Counted from the stretch's first letter, positions 29,612-39,935 are shown. The stretch: DNA of 53,712 nucleotides from Christensenellales bacterium (GCA_050309705.1 JBNRMR010000022.1:1-53712), one strand, 5' to 3'. Program-made: numbers and translations. The notes: generated by a model not told the origin, from the sequence alone.

Positions 29612-30274
29612 CTATAACACAGCGACGAACAGCGTTATCAGCGCATTGTGAAATCCGTGGGCGAAAACCAGCGAAAGAGTGGTGCAGCCCTTTATCCTCT
29701 CCCGGCAAAAGCAGAGTATCAGGCCAATAAAAGCCGTGCCGATCACCTGGAATATATCGCCGTTAAGGGCATGGGAAAGACCGAATATCAGCGACGATAA
29801 TATGATGGCCAACCATCTGGAGTTTTTGATGTCCAAAAGCCTTTTGAAAACGAAGCCCCGAAAGAAAAACTCCTCCGCCAAAGCCACCCCCGCCGTCATG
29901 TACAGAAACTGATAAGCAAACTGCCACGGCCTTGTGTAGCTGGTGGAACCCACCATGTCCTTAAGCCCCAAAAGTATCGGGAGGACGGTCAAAATTAGCG
30001 ACATGCCCAAGGCGATGATTATCCCCAATATGATCTGACTTAAAACGCCTTTTCTGGAAAACCCGAAATCACGAAGGCTCTCCTTTTTTGCCAGCATGAA
30101 GACTATGGGCACAACCAAAAGGCTCCACTGCAAAGCTATCATCAGCGCGGCCCTTGCCCACAGAGGCAATGACATCAAAACGCTTTTCTGAAAGGCGATC
30201 ATGCCCAGCATCACCGCAGATTGCAGCGCCAGAGCCAGAGCCAAAGCCAATATATCCTTAGTTTTTCTTTTCAT
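29612..30274 (-). CDS. CPBP-family intramembrane glutamic endopeptidase (CAAX protease/Abi)
   Basis: EEFFFRGF, FGLSHALNG and FAHGFHN motifs. Start uncertain (ATG 30274 or upstream 30322). Confidence 0.8.
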   Translation of the reverse strand: MKRKTKDILALALALALQSAVMLGMIAFQKSVLMSLPLWARAALMIALQWSLLVVPIVFMLAKKESLRDFGFSRKGVLSQIILGIIIALGMSLILTVLPILLGLKDMVGSTSYTRPWQFAYQFLYMTAGVALAEEFFFRGFVFKRLLDIKNSRWLAIILSSLIFGLSHALNGDIFQVIGTAFIGLILCFCRERIKGCTTLSLVFAHGFHNALITLFVAVL

Positions 30275-30400
30275 ATACCTGCTTTCTGCCCACAAGTTTA
30301 GATCAGCGGGGAAGGAAGTCAAACTTCGCCCTTATGTTCAAAGCCGGTTTCAATGCAACTCAGGGCGCAAAACAAATCGCATTTCTCCTTTGCGGGTCGG

Positions 30401-30580
30401 CTAGTATTTGATTATGTAGTAAATCACATATATCCAGCTTAAAAGGCCGTGGAAAATGGCCACGGGGATGGACCCCCACGCCGTGTAGGAGATTATCATC
30501 GCCAGGCAGGTGCCGAAGGAGATGCCCGCCTTGGCAGTGCTCTTAACTATCTTAACCGAGTTTGATTTTTCGCCTGACAT
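30401..30580 (-). CDS. Small two-TM membrane protein, family not recognised
   Basis: 59-62 aa, AGISFGTCLAMIISYTAWGSIPVAIFHGLLSWIYVIYYIIKY. AGGAAGG RBS upstream. Same direction as the neighbouring genes. Confidence 0.45.
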   Translation of the reverse strand: MSGEKSNSVKIVKSTAKAGISFGTCLAMIISYTAWGSIPVAIFHGLLSWIYVIYYIIKY

Positions 30581-30616
30581 TCGCATCACCCTTCCTTTTC
30601 AAGCCTTGCCGGTGCA

Positions 30617-31189
30617 TTACACCACTTCCTTGACCTTTTCCAGGAACTTTTCCCTTGCTTCCTGGGAAATGTTGGTTATCTGGCCGCAGTTCATCCATTT
30701 GCGCTTGCCAACGCCCAGTTGCTTCATGGAAGTGTTCAGAAAAACATTGTTGATGGCATTGCCCGCAAACAGGCGCAAATACCAAGTGGGGGAAGATGCC
30801 GTCGTTATTGCAATCGCGGACTTGATGTGGGTTAGCTTACCCTTAATTCCCACCGGCGTCGAGTCGTAGGCAAAGCCGGGCTTCATCACCTTGTCCAGGA
30901 AACCCTTCAACACAGCGGGCACGTCGCACCACCAGACGGGGGCGATAAACACCAGCGCGTCAGCGTTCATAATCTTTTCCTGATATTCTGTGACAAGCGG
31001 ATCCAAGGTTCCACCCTTGTTGAAAAGCGCCAGTTCCTCGACGCTGTAGCGCGGGTCAAAGCCGTCGGCGCAAAGGTCGATCACCTCGTAGGGCTTGCCC
31101 TTTGCAGCCAGGGCCTCTTTAGCTTTTTCGAGAATGGCGTGGTTAAAGCTTCCCGGGTAAGGATGGGAATATATTATCAATGTGTTCAT
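30617..31189 (-). CDS. Flavodoxin-like-fold NAD(P)H-dependent oxidoreductase
   Basis: MNTLIIYSHPYPGSFNHAIL N-terminus is typical of the NAD(P)H dehydrogenase (quinone)/Flavodoxin_2 family. Confidence 0.75.
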   Translation of the reverse strand: MNTLIIYSHPYPGSFNHAILEKAKEALAAKGKPYEVIDLCADGFDPRYSVEELALFNKGGTLDPLVTEYQEKIMNADALVFIAPVWWCDVPAVLKGFLDKVMKPGFAYDSTPVGIKGKLTHIKSAIAITTASSPTWYLRLFAGNAINNVFLNTSMKQLGVGKRKWMNCGQITNISQEAREKFLEKVKEVV

Positions 31190-31289
31190 TGCGTTCCTCC
31201 TTGTTCTTTATTAATAGCCTTATTTTACCAAACAAATGAAAAGAAGTCGATACCTTTATCGCATCGACTTCTTGATAAAATGAATCGCC

Positions 31290-32468
31290 CTAACTGATGA
31301 CCTTCAGCCAGCCTTCCAGCGTGTAAAGGGGGTCTCCCATCTCGTCCGGGCGCAGGCATTTAAGCTGTTCAGCCGGTATGGGTCGTATCCCGGCGTCGGC
31401 GTAAACCCCGCCTCGGTGATTGGCCTGAGTCCAGTAGAGCTTCGAGGTGTGTTCTTCCCACTGAAGACCGTATTTCTCACACCATTGTTCCAAGGTGATT
31501 TCCGGCATGTCTTCGATCTGCCGGCGGCTTGCGGCTGGAAGCATCCCCTCCCCATGGAGCCACAGCAAGGCTTCCTTGTGGTTGTGGTAGGCCCTATGGC
31601 CACCTTCCGGTTCGAAGTATACGCCTGTTCTGGCCGGCAGGCCCGCCGCCTTTTCAAGGCGAATGCTCTCGCCGACAAATTCGCGAATTGTGCGGCAGTA
31701 AAGTCCGTCATCATCGGGGTCCATAACCCTGTCCTTCTCCCCATTCATGTAAAGCACTGCGCAATGGGGCATGTGCAGGCGGATGATGTCGATGTCGGAA
31801 CATATTGGCGCCAGCTTAATGCTGGGAACATTGGTGCAGGCCTTGCCACGGACGCGGCTGTATTCCCCCAATATAAAGCCGGAGACAATGGCTACATGCA
31901 GCCTGTCTTCCAGCATGGTCATCCAGCCGGCAACGGCGCCGCCAAGTGAATTGCCCACCACACCCAAGCGCGTTTTGTCGATATCCGTTCGAGCTTGCAA
32001 AAAGTCCAAAGCACGCACTGTGTCGAAGGCCATTTTCCCCATCATCAAACGTCCGCTTTCCGCCGCTGCCTGATCAGCGCAGCGGTCATCGTGAGCCCGA
32101 GTGCCTTTTTCGCCGGAAATGTGCCGCTCCTCCTCGCCGATGGTGTCATATAGCAGACAGGCCAGGCCCATTTTTGCGTAGAGCTGGGCCGTGTAGGATG
32201 CATATAGTGAGTTTTTCGATCCGCCGTGACCATTTGTGATGACCACTGCCGGCATCGGCTTTTGCGCCCCGTCAGGCCGATACAGAAGACAGGGCACCTT
32301 AGAGCCCTCCTCTGCCGTGAACAACCATTTTTCGATTATCAGGTCATCGTGGGACAAGTTGCCCCTATGCTCGGCGGCCAAATCTACTCTCTTTTTGGGA
32401 ACGCCCAGCATATTCCATATTTCCCGGCGCAGGTTATCCTGCTGCGCCTTTGCCATTAGATGGTTCAA
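31290..32468 (-). CDS. Alpha/beta hydrolase (esterase-like, GxSxG = GNSLGG)
   Basis: Nucleophile elbow VVGNSLGGA and an HGGSK oxyanion-region-like motif. The preferred start is the TTG at 32468 (GGAGGAGG 7 nt upstream), which forms a TTGA overlap with the upstream stop. Alternative starts are 32456 and 32513. Confidence 0.65.
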   Translation of the reverse strand: MNHLMAKAQQDNLRREIWNMLGVPKKRVDLAAEHRGNLSHDDLIIEKWLFTAEEGSKVPCLLYRPDGAQKPMPAVVITNGHGGSKNSLYASYTAQLYAKMGLACLLYDTIGEEERHISGEKGTRAHDDRCADQAAAESGRLMMGKMAFDTVRALDFLQARTDIDKTRLGVVGNSLGGAVAGWMTMLEDRLHVAIVSGFILGEYSRVRGKACTNVPSIKLAPICSDIDIIRLHMPHCAVLYMNGEKDRVMDPDDDGLYCRTIREFVGESIRLEKAAGLPARTGVYFEPEGGHRAYHNHKEALLWLHGEGMLPAASRRQIEDMPEITLEQWCEKYGLQWEEHTSKLYWTQANHRGGVYADAGIRPIPAEQLKCLRPDEMGDPLYTLEGWLKVIS

Positions 32469-33712
32469 GCTTTTTCCTCCTCCCGCTTCATTTCCCTCTC
32501 CAAATACATGCAAGCAGCCTGAATGAAGAAGATGCTGCCTAAATCTCTCAGATAATAGGGCGATGCATCGCTGTTTTGGGGCGGCAGTACTTTTTCCAAT
32601 ATGGCGCCCTGAAGGTTTGGATCTTTCGTGTGGATAAACTGCACATCCATGGCGAATTCCAGGCTGCGCCGCGTGGCCTCCATCCAGCTTTCGTCCGGAT
32701 CCAGGTCATAAAGGCTCTGCCAGAGTATTGCCGCGCAGACCGTGCCGCTGGTGGCATGACCAAAGGAGCTGGTTTTGAAATTGACATATGTATTGCGCAG
32801 CAGGCCTCCATCAGACCGCTGGGCGTTCAAATACCAGGTTCCGCAACGCCTTAGGCTATCCAGGTACGCTTCGTCCCCAGTATCCAGATAGGCATCCGCC
32901 ATGGGAAGGCCCCACCAGAAGCTTTGGCGCGGGTGGACGCTGCCCCTTATTCCGCCGCAGGGTGGGTAATTGACCCAGGTACCCTCGGGCATCTCGTTGG
33001 CGCGAAGATAATCCGCCGTGGCGTAGAAAATGTCCCTATAGCGCTGATCACCGCTGAGCTTGTATGCCTTTAAAAAGATGGCGTCATCCAACAGGGGCCG
33101 CCCGTCGCGCTTGACATGGCCCTGCTGGGGGATGAAGCGATCCTGCCAGCCGGGATGCTCGAAGGAAAGGGTTACCAAGCTGAAGTTGTCAAGGAAATGC
33201 CCCTCTCCCAGATAGGCGTTGCTGGCCACCCAGTTGCAAGCGGCCAAAAATGCCTCCTTCAGCTCTTCCTCCCCCGTCAGCTCATACAGCGCATAAATGC
33301 CGTCCAGGCATTCCAGCACAGCGGAGGTGTTGATGCAGTCATTATAATCCTCTATGGCCCATATCAAGCCATAATGGGGATGCTCAGGATCGGAAAAGCG
33401 TTCCCGCATTATGAAATCCGCTCCCAGTTTGGCATGGGTGAGATACTTTTCATTCCCCGTCACCCGATATGCCGCGCAAAGGGCCTTCACCGCCTGTCCG
33501 CCATGCCAGATGGGGCAGAAATAGTCCCAAATCTTGGTTGCAGCGGAGTATTCGCCCTTGAAGGAGCCCTTCCAGGTCTTATGAAGCATCTTTGGCGCCC
33601 TCGGGCAGGGAGGCGGCGTTTCCTCCTGATGCTGGGCGATATCCGTCAGCCAATCACAGGCTGCGTCAAGGGCTTTCAACAACTTTTCTCGGTCGATGAG
33701 ATTGTTTGACAT
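32465..33712 (-). CDS. Cytoplasmic (alpha/alpha)6-barrel-like protein (six-hairpin glycosidase/AGE-like), function unknown
   Basis: 415 aa with no signal peptide and repeated aromatic-rich helical hairpin pattern (WHGGQAV, WWGLPMADAY, ILWQSLY). The family call is tentative. Confidence 0.4.
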   Translation of the reverse strand: MSNNLIDREKLLKALDAACDWLTDIAQHQEETPPPCPRAPKMLHKTWKGSFKGEYSAATKIWDYFCPIWHGGQAVKALCAAYRVTGNEKYLTHAKLGADFIMRERFSDPEHPHYGLIWAIEDYNDCINTSAVLECLDGIYALYELTGEEELKEAFLAACNWVASNAYLGEGHFLDNFSLVTLSFEHPGWQDRFIPQQGHVKRDGRPLLDDAIFLKAYKLSGDQRYRDIFYATADYLRANEMPEGTWVNYPPCGGIRGSVHPRQSFWWGLPMADAYLDTGDEAYLDSLRRCGTWYLNAQRSDGGLLRNTYVNFKTSSFGHATSGTVCAAILWQSLYDLDPDESWMEATRRSLEFAMDVQFIHTKDPNLQGAILEKVLPPQNSDASPYYLRDLGSIFFIQAACMYLEREMKREEEKA

Positions 33713-33784
33713 GGTTGCTTTCTCCTCTCCTATTTATACTTATTGCACATAGCGCTTTTAGTCTGGTAATAAGTTGCAATCCGG

Positions 33785-36034
33785 TCATCTAGAGGTTACC
33801 TGCTGGCGGTAGTTTATGGGCGTCATCCCGGTGTAATGCCTGAACCGACGTATGAAACCGGACACATCGTGATATCCCACCCGAACGCCGATTTCCTTAA
33901 CGCTCAACTGCGTTTCAGCAAGCAGCTTTTTCGCCTTGTACAAGCGGATCTGCACCAGATATTCCGATGGAGAGACGCCCATCTGCTCTTTGAACTGCTC
34001 TGAAAAGGCCCGGGCGCTCATTGAAAGATGCTCGGCAAGAAATGCCATGCTCAGGTTGGGATCGTCATAGTTTTCCTGCATATAGCTTTCCGCCATGCGT
34101 ATTGTCGAAAGGCCGTCCCCCTCAGCTTGCGAAACGTCACCGAGAAGGCTGTGACAAACGCTTCTAAGGGTTTCGTTTAAATCGTCAATTGACAGGCATC
34201 TTGAAAGGGAGAACACATCGTAAATTTCTGCGCCGCTCGCAGTTCCCGCCGGTGCGCATTCGTTCATCACCACACTGATGATGTCGTTATAGAAGGAGCG
34301 AAACGCGAACAGCGACAGGTTCATGGTCTGCATGTAGCGGATAAGCTCGTCCAGCATGTCGTCCACCCTGCGCAGATTACCCCGGCGCAGCACGTTTTTA
34401 AGGGCGCTCATAAGCTTAGCGGGGTAGGACACCGTGCTGCCGGTGGTGGTTACGTCGTCAAAGTGCAGGACGCTCCCGTTGCCCAGAACAAAGCGGTTGT
34501 CAAATGCCGCTGCCGCCTCAAGATAGGCGATTGAGGCATGGGCTATGTCACTATGGGCTTTGCTGATGGCCATTGTGGTATTCCTCTGTTGCGAGCGCAC
34601 GATGTGGTGAATCTCCTGGGCATATCTGAATAATTCCCCCTCATCATCTGAAAATAGGGCGAAAAGCACCTGGTTTTGCAGCGTTAGCTCCACACAATGC
34701 CCGCTGATGTTCTCTCCTACCATGCAGTCGCCAGAGGCGCTTAAAAGGCCTGATATGTCCGTGTGGGCGCTTAAAAGCGCGATGGCAAACCAGCGTTTTT
34801 GGGCGCCAATCCCAAGTCTTTCAGCCTCGCGCAAGAAGTCCTCTTTGCTGCCATAGGAACCGTTGACAAGGCGCCGAATCAGCTCGGATTTTTCCAAAGA
34901 TACGCTTTTGCTGGCCAAAGCCTGATTCTGAGCCTTGATCTCCCGTATACCCATCTCGATGGCCTTAAAGTCATCCCTTGCACGGGCATCGCCCATAAGG
35001 CTGCGCAAAGTTCGGACAGGCTTATAGTTATACATGGAGAAGAACCCTATCATCATCACTGAAACCAGGCCCGTTACTGCCAACAGAATCCAAAAACGCC
35101 TTTGCTGCAAGCTCAGGCTCTCCATCAGCGCGCTTCTTTGCTGCACAGTGCAGTATCTCATGCCGTTTGAATCGGAAATGGCAGTGACAAGGTATTCCTC
35201 CCCCTCGTAGAAAAGAGAGCCGGTCGCAGTCTGCGGTTTCCCCAAAAGAAAGTCCTCCACTGCTGCGTCGGGTATCTCGAAGGCCGCATGCTGGGCAAGG
35301 ATCTTCCCGCCGTGCAGTATATATGTGCCGCGGTCTCCGCTAAGCTCTTGGGCGAGCATGCCCATGTATTGCTTTTCATCCACGATAAACATCATAGTGC
35401 CGCTTTTAGTGGTTCCCGTGGGCAATATGAAGGTGATGACTTTTTTGTTGCCGCTTAATATTCCGGAAACTTTCTGCGCGGGAATGATACTCAGCTCCTT
35501 AGGCGCATGGAGCATGGAACGCAAGTCCTGCGGGCTGATGCCCTCATAGATGATGCCCTGCTCCAAAAACCTGTCCATGTGCATGGATGTGGAGGGGGAA
35601 TATATATATTCGTCGATGTCGAACACCAGGAATAAATCGCTGACGAAGCCGTTTATGGACCTGAAAAGGGACATGAAGCTGATTAGCTCCCTCGCCCTGA
35701 GGGGGCCGGAACCTGCTGAGAGCCGGAAAGGCTCGATTTCCGGGTGGAAGGTTATCTGGTCCACCATGTTGACGATTCCGTTCAGCCCGATTTCGTGGGA
35801 ATATCGGATGCGGTCAAGCAGGCTCGCCTCGTTTTCATAGAAGCTTTTTTCAATTGTGTCGGCAAAATAAGTGAACATATAGGCGCCCAGGCAAGCAATC
35901 ACAACTATCAGTATGGCAAGATAAGGCAGAGCAAAGCGCAGGAAGGTTTTGGACAAAACTACCCTGCAACGCTTTTGTGGCGCTGGCTGGCCAATTTCAA
36001 CGCTTTTCTTTTCACGCTGGAGGTTTATTATCAT
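33785..36034 (-). CDS. AraC-family regulator with two TM segments flanking an extracytoplasmic sensor domain
   Basis: 749 aa with TM1 (FALPYLAILIVVIACLGAYMF), TM2 (FWILLAVTGLVSVMMIGFF) and a C-terminal AraC HTH (GYHDVSGFIRRFRHYTGMTPINYR). Confidence 0.85.
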   Translation of the reverse strand: MIINLQREKKSVEIGQPAPQKRCRVVLSKTFLRFALPYLAILIVVIACLGAYMFTYFADTIEKSFYENEASLLDRIRYSHEIGLNGIVNMVDQITFHPEIEPFRLSAGSGPLRARELISFMSLFRSINGFVSDLFLVFDIDEYIYSPSTSMHMDRFLEQGIIYEGISPQDLRSMLHAPKELSIIPAQKVSGILSGNKKVITFILPTGTTKSGTMMFIVDEKQYMGMLAQELSGDRGTYILHGGKILAQHAAFEIPDAAVEDFLLGKPQTATGSLFYEGEEYLVTAISDSNGMRYCTVQQRSALMESLSLQQRRFWILLAVTGLVSVMMIGFFSMYNYKPVRTLRSLMGDARARDDFKAIEMGIREIKAQNQALASKSVSLEKSELIRRLVNGSYGSKEDFLREAERLGIGAQKRWFAIALLSAHTDISGLLSASGDCMVGENISGHCVELTLQNQVLFALFSDDEGELFRYAQEIHHIVRSQQRNTTMAISKAHSDIAHASIAYLEAAAAFDNRFVLGNGSVLHFDDVTTTGSTVSYPAKLMSALKNVLRRGNLRRVDDMLDELIRYMQTMNLSLFAFRSFYNDIISVVMNECAPAGTASGAEIYDVFSLSRCLSIDDLNETLRSVCHSLLGDVSQAEGDGLSTIRMAESYMQENYDDPNLSMAFLAEHLSMSARAFSEQFKEQMGVSPSEYLVQIRLYKAKKLLAETQLSVKEIGVRVGYHDVSGFIRRFRHYTGMTPINYRQQVTSR

Positions 36035-36148
36035 GACAGCTCCCCCTTCCTGTGCCCTTAGCCTTTCTTAAAGCCAACATTGTCCGCTCCCCGTCAGGCA
36101 AGACAGGAAGCGGACAGGATAATCCTTTGGGCAGAGGCTAAATAATAA

Positions 36149-37792
36149 TCAATGCCTGTCGTAAAGCCCCTGTGCGATGGCGGTAAGTTCATCCAGCCCG
36201 GCGTTCTTTAATCCATCCTGGAAGGCCTGCCAGCTCTGGTCAGTCACCCCGTTCACAGCAAAGGCGGCAAGGGTTTCATCGATCAGCTTGTTTATGTCTG
36301 TGTTGATAAGGGCCCATCTTTCAGTTTCCTCAGGAGTCTTTATAACAAAGCTGCTCACAATGCTGTTTACCGCAGTTGGTTCAACGGAATTAGCCGCCTC
36401 ATACATCATGCCGGCTTCAACAGCAGCACTAACGTTGACGTCCATGGTGAAAACCCTCTCATAGACATCCGACGGGAAATAATAGATGGCGTTCTGCGGC
36501 TGGATGCCATAATCGGTGCTGTTGGGCAGAACATCTGGCAGCATCGCCATCTTTCCATCAACCCACTCCCACGTCACGCCTTCGGGACCATATGTGCTTT
36601 CATACATGAATGCCTCGTTTTGGAACCAGGTGTCAAACCAGCGCATGGTCGCCGGCACACATTCATTCGCCACCGTTATGACCGAATGGCGGATGACGTT
36701 GATGGTACGCCTTCTGATTTGCTGCTGGTATCCGTCGGCGTTTACGGGCACTAGGGGCACCATGTCCTGGGAGAACTCCGGATTGGTGATGGAGGAATAC
36801 TGGGAGAATCTCGCCGTCAGGCCGACTTTGTTCTCATCGCACTTGGCGGCCAGAACGTTTGTGGACTGGGTGAGGAACTCCGGATCAATCAGTTCCTCGT
36901 CGTATATCATATGTATCCATTCTATCGCCTCGCGGTAGCCCGGCGCCAAAGCCACATGCTGCACCTTGCCGTCGCTGCCAAGCATGAAGCCGGAGTGGCC
37001 GGGAACGCTCCAAAAGCTGAAACAGCTGGCGGTTATCGAAGCCGTGCCGGTGGTGAATGTGGACGTGGCCGGATAGCCGTCCGGATAGGCCTCCTTGAAG
37101 GCCCTGAGGGTGTCTGTCAGCTCGCTCACGGTGGCGGGCTTGTTAAGGCCAAGCTGACTAAGCCATTTCTGGTTTATATACAGCTTCGGGTCAACCGTCA
37201 AAGGGTCCTCCATTATGGCGCCGACAGCGTATATCTGCCCGTCGGTCTGCCTGAGCAGCTTCCTGTGCCTTTCCTGAAGCATACCGTTATAGTTGGGCAT
37301 GTATTCTTCCATCAGGTCTTCAATGGGAATGAGTATCCCCTGGGCTACGCCGTATTCCTCGATGTTCACAGCGCTGCTGCGCCCGCCCATTATCATGTCC
37401 GGGTACTGCCCGGATGCAAACATCAGGTTGGAGACAGTCTGAAAATCTCCGCTCTTAATATTGTCATAATCCACATGGATATTGGTCTGTTCTTCAAGTC
37501 TTACCAAGCACCATTGAGTTTCAAGGTCGATATCGTGCCTGTCGTCCACGGAAAACATGGCTTTCAGCGTGATCTTTTCGTCCACTATGGGGTAGCCCTC
37601 CGGGTTAAAGTTGGCCTTGGGCTCCGCCGGGGCGGCGGTGGGGGCGGCAGTGGCGGCCGCCGGAGCGGTAGTGGCGGCGGAGGTTGTCCCGGGTGTTGGC
37701 GCGGGTGCTGTGCAGGCGGATATTGCTATTATCAGAGCAACTAAAATCACCTGCAGAGAAAGCCGCTTTAGTATAGGCTGTTTGTGTTTCAT
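36149..37792 (-). CDS. Extracellular solute-binding lipoprotein (LplA-type sugar ABC transporter)
   Basis: Lipobox IAISAC, an Ala/Pro/Thr linker, and a 547-aa SBP typical of LplABC systems. Confidence 0.8.
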   Translation of the reverse strand: MKHKQPILKRLSLQVILVALIIAISACTAPAPTPGTTSAATTAPAAATAAPTAAPAEPKANFNPEGYPIVDEKITLKAMFSVDDRHDIDLETQWCLVRLEEQTNIHVDYDNIKSGDFQTVSNLMFASGQYPDMIMGGRSSAVNIEEYGVAQGILIPIEDLMEEYMPNYNGMLQERHRKLLRQTDGQIYAVGAIMEDPLTVDPKLYINQKWLSQLGLNKPATVSELTDTLRAFKEAYPDGYPATSTFTTGTASITASCFSFWSVPGHSGFMLGSDGKVQHVALAPGYREAIEWIHMIYDEELIDPEFLTQSTNVLAAKCDENKVGLTARFSQYSSITNPEFSQDMVPLVPVNADGYQQQIRRRTINVIRHSVITVANECVPATMRWFDTWFQNEAFMYESTYGPEGVTWEWVDGKMAMLPDVLPNSTDYGIQPQNAIYYFPSDVYERVFTMDVNVSAAVEAGMMYEAANSVEPTAVNSIVSSFVIKTPEETERWALINTDINKLIDETLAAFAVNGVTDQSWQAFQDGLKNAGLDELTAIAQGLYDRH

Positions 37793-37872
37793 CGTGCAAC
37801 TCCTTTCATTATATCCTATTTTCGGCGCAATGCGCGCAAAGGAAATACTTTATACATTTTGTAGGAAGGAGG

Positions 37873-38820
37873 TCATCCCTTAAGGGAGCCAATCATCACG
37901 CCCTTGACAAAGAACTTCTGCATGTTCAGGTAGAGCACAACCGCCGGGCCCGTGGACATCACTATGGCGCAATACTTGACCACTTCCGCCACTCGTATAG
38001 CCTCTGTAAGATTATCCGCATCCTGATACATCTCGTTTGCTGTCGCCGCGTCCATGTTCAGTTTTGCCAAAATTTCCCTCAGCACCAAGGTCACAGGATA
38101 CCATCTCCTGTCGCGGATATAGATGAGGGCAGTGAAAAAGTTATTCCAGTTGCCAACGCCGTAGTAAACGCACAGCACTGCTGTGATGGTTCCACTCAGA
38201 GGCAACGCCACCTGCAGGAAGTATTTGATATGCGAAGCGCCGTCGATGCTGGCCGCCTCGTACAGCTCGCGGGGTATACTGCTGGTCATATATGTCCTTG
38301 TGATCATCAGATTCCAGACCGAGGCGCAGCCAGACAGCACAATTATTAACGGGTTGTTATAAAGGCCAAGATCACGCATCAGCAGAAATGTGGGAATCAA
38401 GCCGCCGGAAAAAAACATCGGCACGATTATCAGAAAATTCACCAGGCCTTTGCCTATGAACTTGTTGCTCAGCGCATAGCCCGCCATCAATGTGACTGCC
38501 ACGCTGATGGCAGTGCCGGAAACTGTGTATATCACTGAATTCAAATATGAACGCCAAAACAGTGTGTATTTAAACATGCCCTGGTAGCCTATCAGCGACG
38601 GATCCTTGGGCCAGAGCAAAACCTCCCCACGCAGCACAGCATAGGGCTCTGAGAACGATGATATTATTATGAAATACAAAGGATATAGCGTCACGAACAG
38701 CGCCACAACCCAGAATGCCATGTTGAAGAAATTGAAGACGCGATCCGAGGTCGTCATTCGTATGGGCGAGCCCCTTCTTGTTTTTCCACTTGCCTTTGAT
38801 TTTGCATATGCCTGTGCCAT
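37873..38820 (-). CDS. Carbohydrate ABC transporter permease (LplC-type)
   Basis: Six-TM MalG-like permease with an EAA-type loop (YEAASIDGASHIKYFLQVALP). Confidence 0.85.
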   Translation of the reverse strand: MAQAYAKSKASGKTRRGSPIRMTTSDRVFNFFNMAFWVVALFVTLYPLYFIIISSFSEPYAVLRGEVLLWPKDPSLIGYQGMFKYTLFWRSYLNSVIYTVSGTAISVAVTLMAGYALSNKFIGKGLVNFLIIVPMFFSGGLIPTFLLMRDLGLYNNPLIIVLSGCASVWNLMITRTYMTSSIPRELYEAASIDGASHIKYFLQVALPLSGTITAVLCVYYGVGNWNNFFTALIYIRDRRWYPVTLVLREILAKLNMDAATANEMYQDADNLTEAIRVAEVVKYCAIVMSTGPAVVLYLNMQKFFVKGVMIGSLKG

Positions 38821-38846
38821 GGTCTTCCCCCTTTCTAAACTGATTA

Positions 38847-39788
38847 TTATAAAATGCTTATCTCGCTTGCCTTCTTGGATATTGTATTAACAATCATTAT
38901 TATGACAAAGTTGATTACATTCAGCAGCAGCCCTATGGCGGCGGTATATGAGAACTTTGCCTGGCCCAGCCCCACTGTGTATATGTAAAGGCCAATTATA
39001 TCAGAGGTGGGTATATTGCCGTTGGTCTGCAACAAAAGAGCCTTTTGAGTGTTGCTGCTGAGCATGCTGCCGCTGTTTAAAATCAGCAGCATCATCGCCA
39101 CGGGGATGATATTTGGAATGTCTATGTAGCGGATCTTCTGCAATATTGTCGCGCCGTCGATGGTTGCCGCCTCGTACATTTCCGGGTCAATGCTCGTCAG
39201 CGCTGCCAGATAAACGATTGTGCCCCAACCAGCCCCCTGCCATATTCCGCTGGCAATAAACACCGTTCTAAACCATTCCGGCGCCACCATGAAGTATATG
39301 GATTTGCCGCCCAGGGCGACTACCAGCTTGTTGATGATCCCATTGGTGGGCGAAAGAAACATGTAGACCATGCCCGCTATGACCACAGTGGATATGAAGT
39401 GGGGAATGTATATGGCCGTTTGGGTGAACTTCTTAAACCTGGGATATTCAACGCGGTTGAGCAATAGCGCCAAAATGATCGGCATGGGAAAGCCCCACAG
39501 CAGTCCGTAAAAGTTCAGCAGGAATGTGTTCACCAGGAGCCGCTGCCAGTAAAAGGAGCTGAAAAAAGTTCGGTAATGCTCCAGCCCCACCCAAGCGCTC
39601 CCAGTGATTCCAAGGACGGCCTTGTAATCGCGAAAGGCAATCTGCACTCCGTACATGGGGAAATAATCGAATATAATAAAATAGGTCATGACCGGCAGCA
39701 GCAGCAGGTAAAGCTGCCAATCGCTTTTAAGGCGTCGCACTGCCACAAGGGACTTTTTTCGCAAGGATAAACTCGTCATATTCTGCAT
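38847..39788 (-). CDS. Carbohydrate ABC transporter permease (LplB-type)
   Basis: MalF-like permease with an EAA loop (YEAATIDGATILQKIRYIDIP). Confidence 0.85.
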   Translation of the reverse strand: MQNMTSLSLRKKSLVAVRRLKSDWQLYLLLLPVMTYFIIFDYFPMYGVQIAFRDYKAVLGITGSAWVGLEHYRTFFSSFYWQRLLVNTFLLNFYGLLWGFPMPIILALLLNRVEYPRFKKFTQTAIYIPHFISTVVIAGMVYMFLSPTNGIINKLVVALGGKSIYFMVAPEWFRTVFIASGIWQGAGWGTIVYLAALTSIDPEMYEAATIDGATILQKIRYIDIPNIIPVAMMLLILNSGSMLSSNTQKALLLQTNGNIPTSDIIGLYIYTVGLGQAKFSYTAAIGLLLNVINFVIIMIVNTISKKASEISIL

Positions 39789-39935
39789 TTAAACAATCAC
39801 CCGCTCTTCTGATTTATATTTTGTTGACTAAAAAACCCTGACGCAAATGAACTATTAGCGCGCGTAGCGCGCGGCAATCTTTTAAAGAGATGCCCGCATT
39901 CGTGTTAGCAAAGCTGATCAAGGTGGCTTGCGAAT

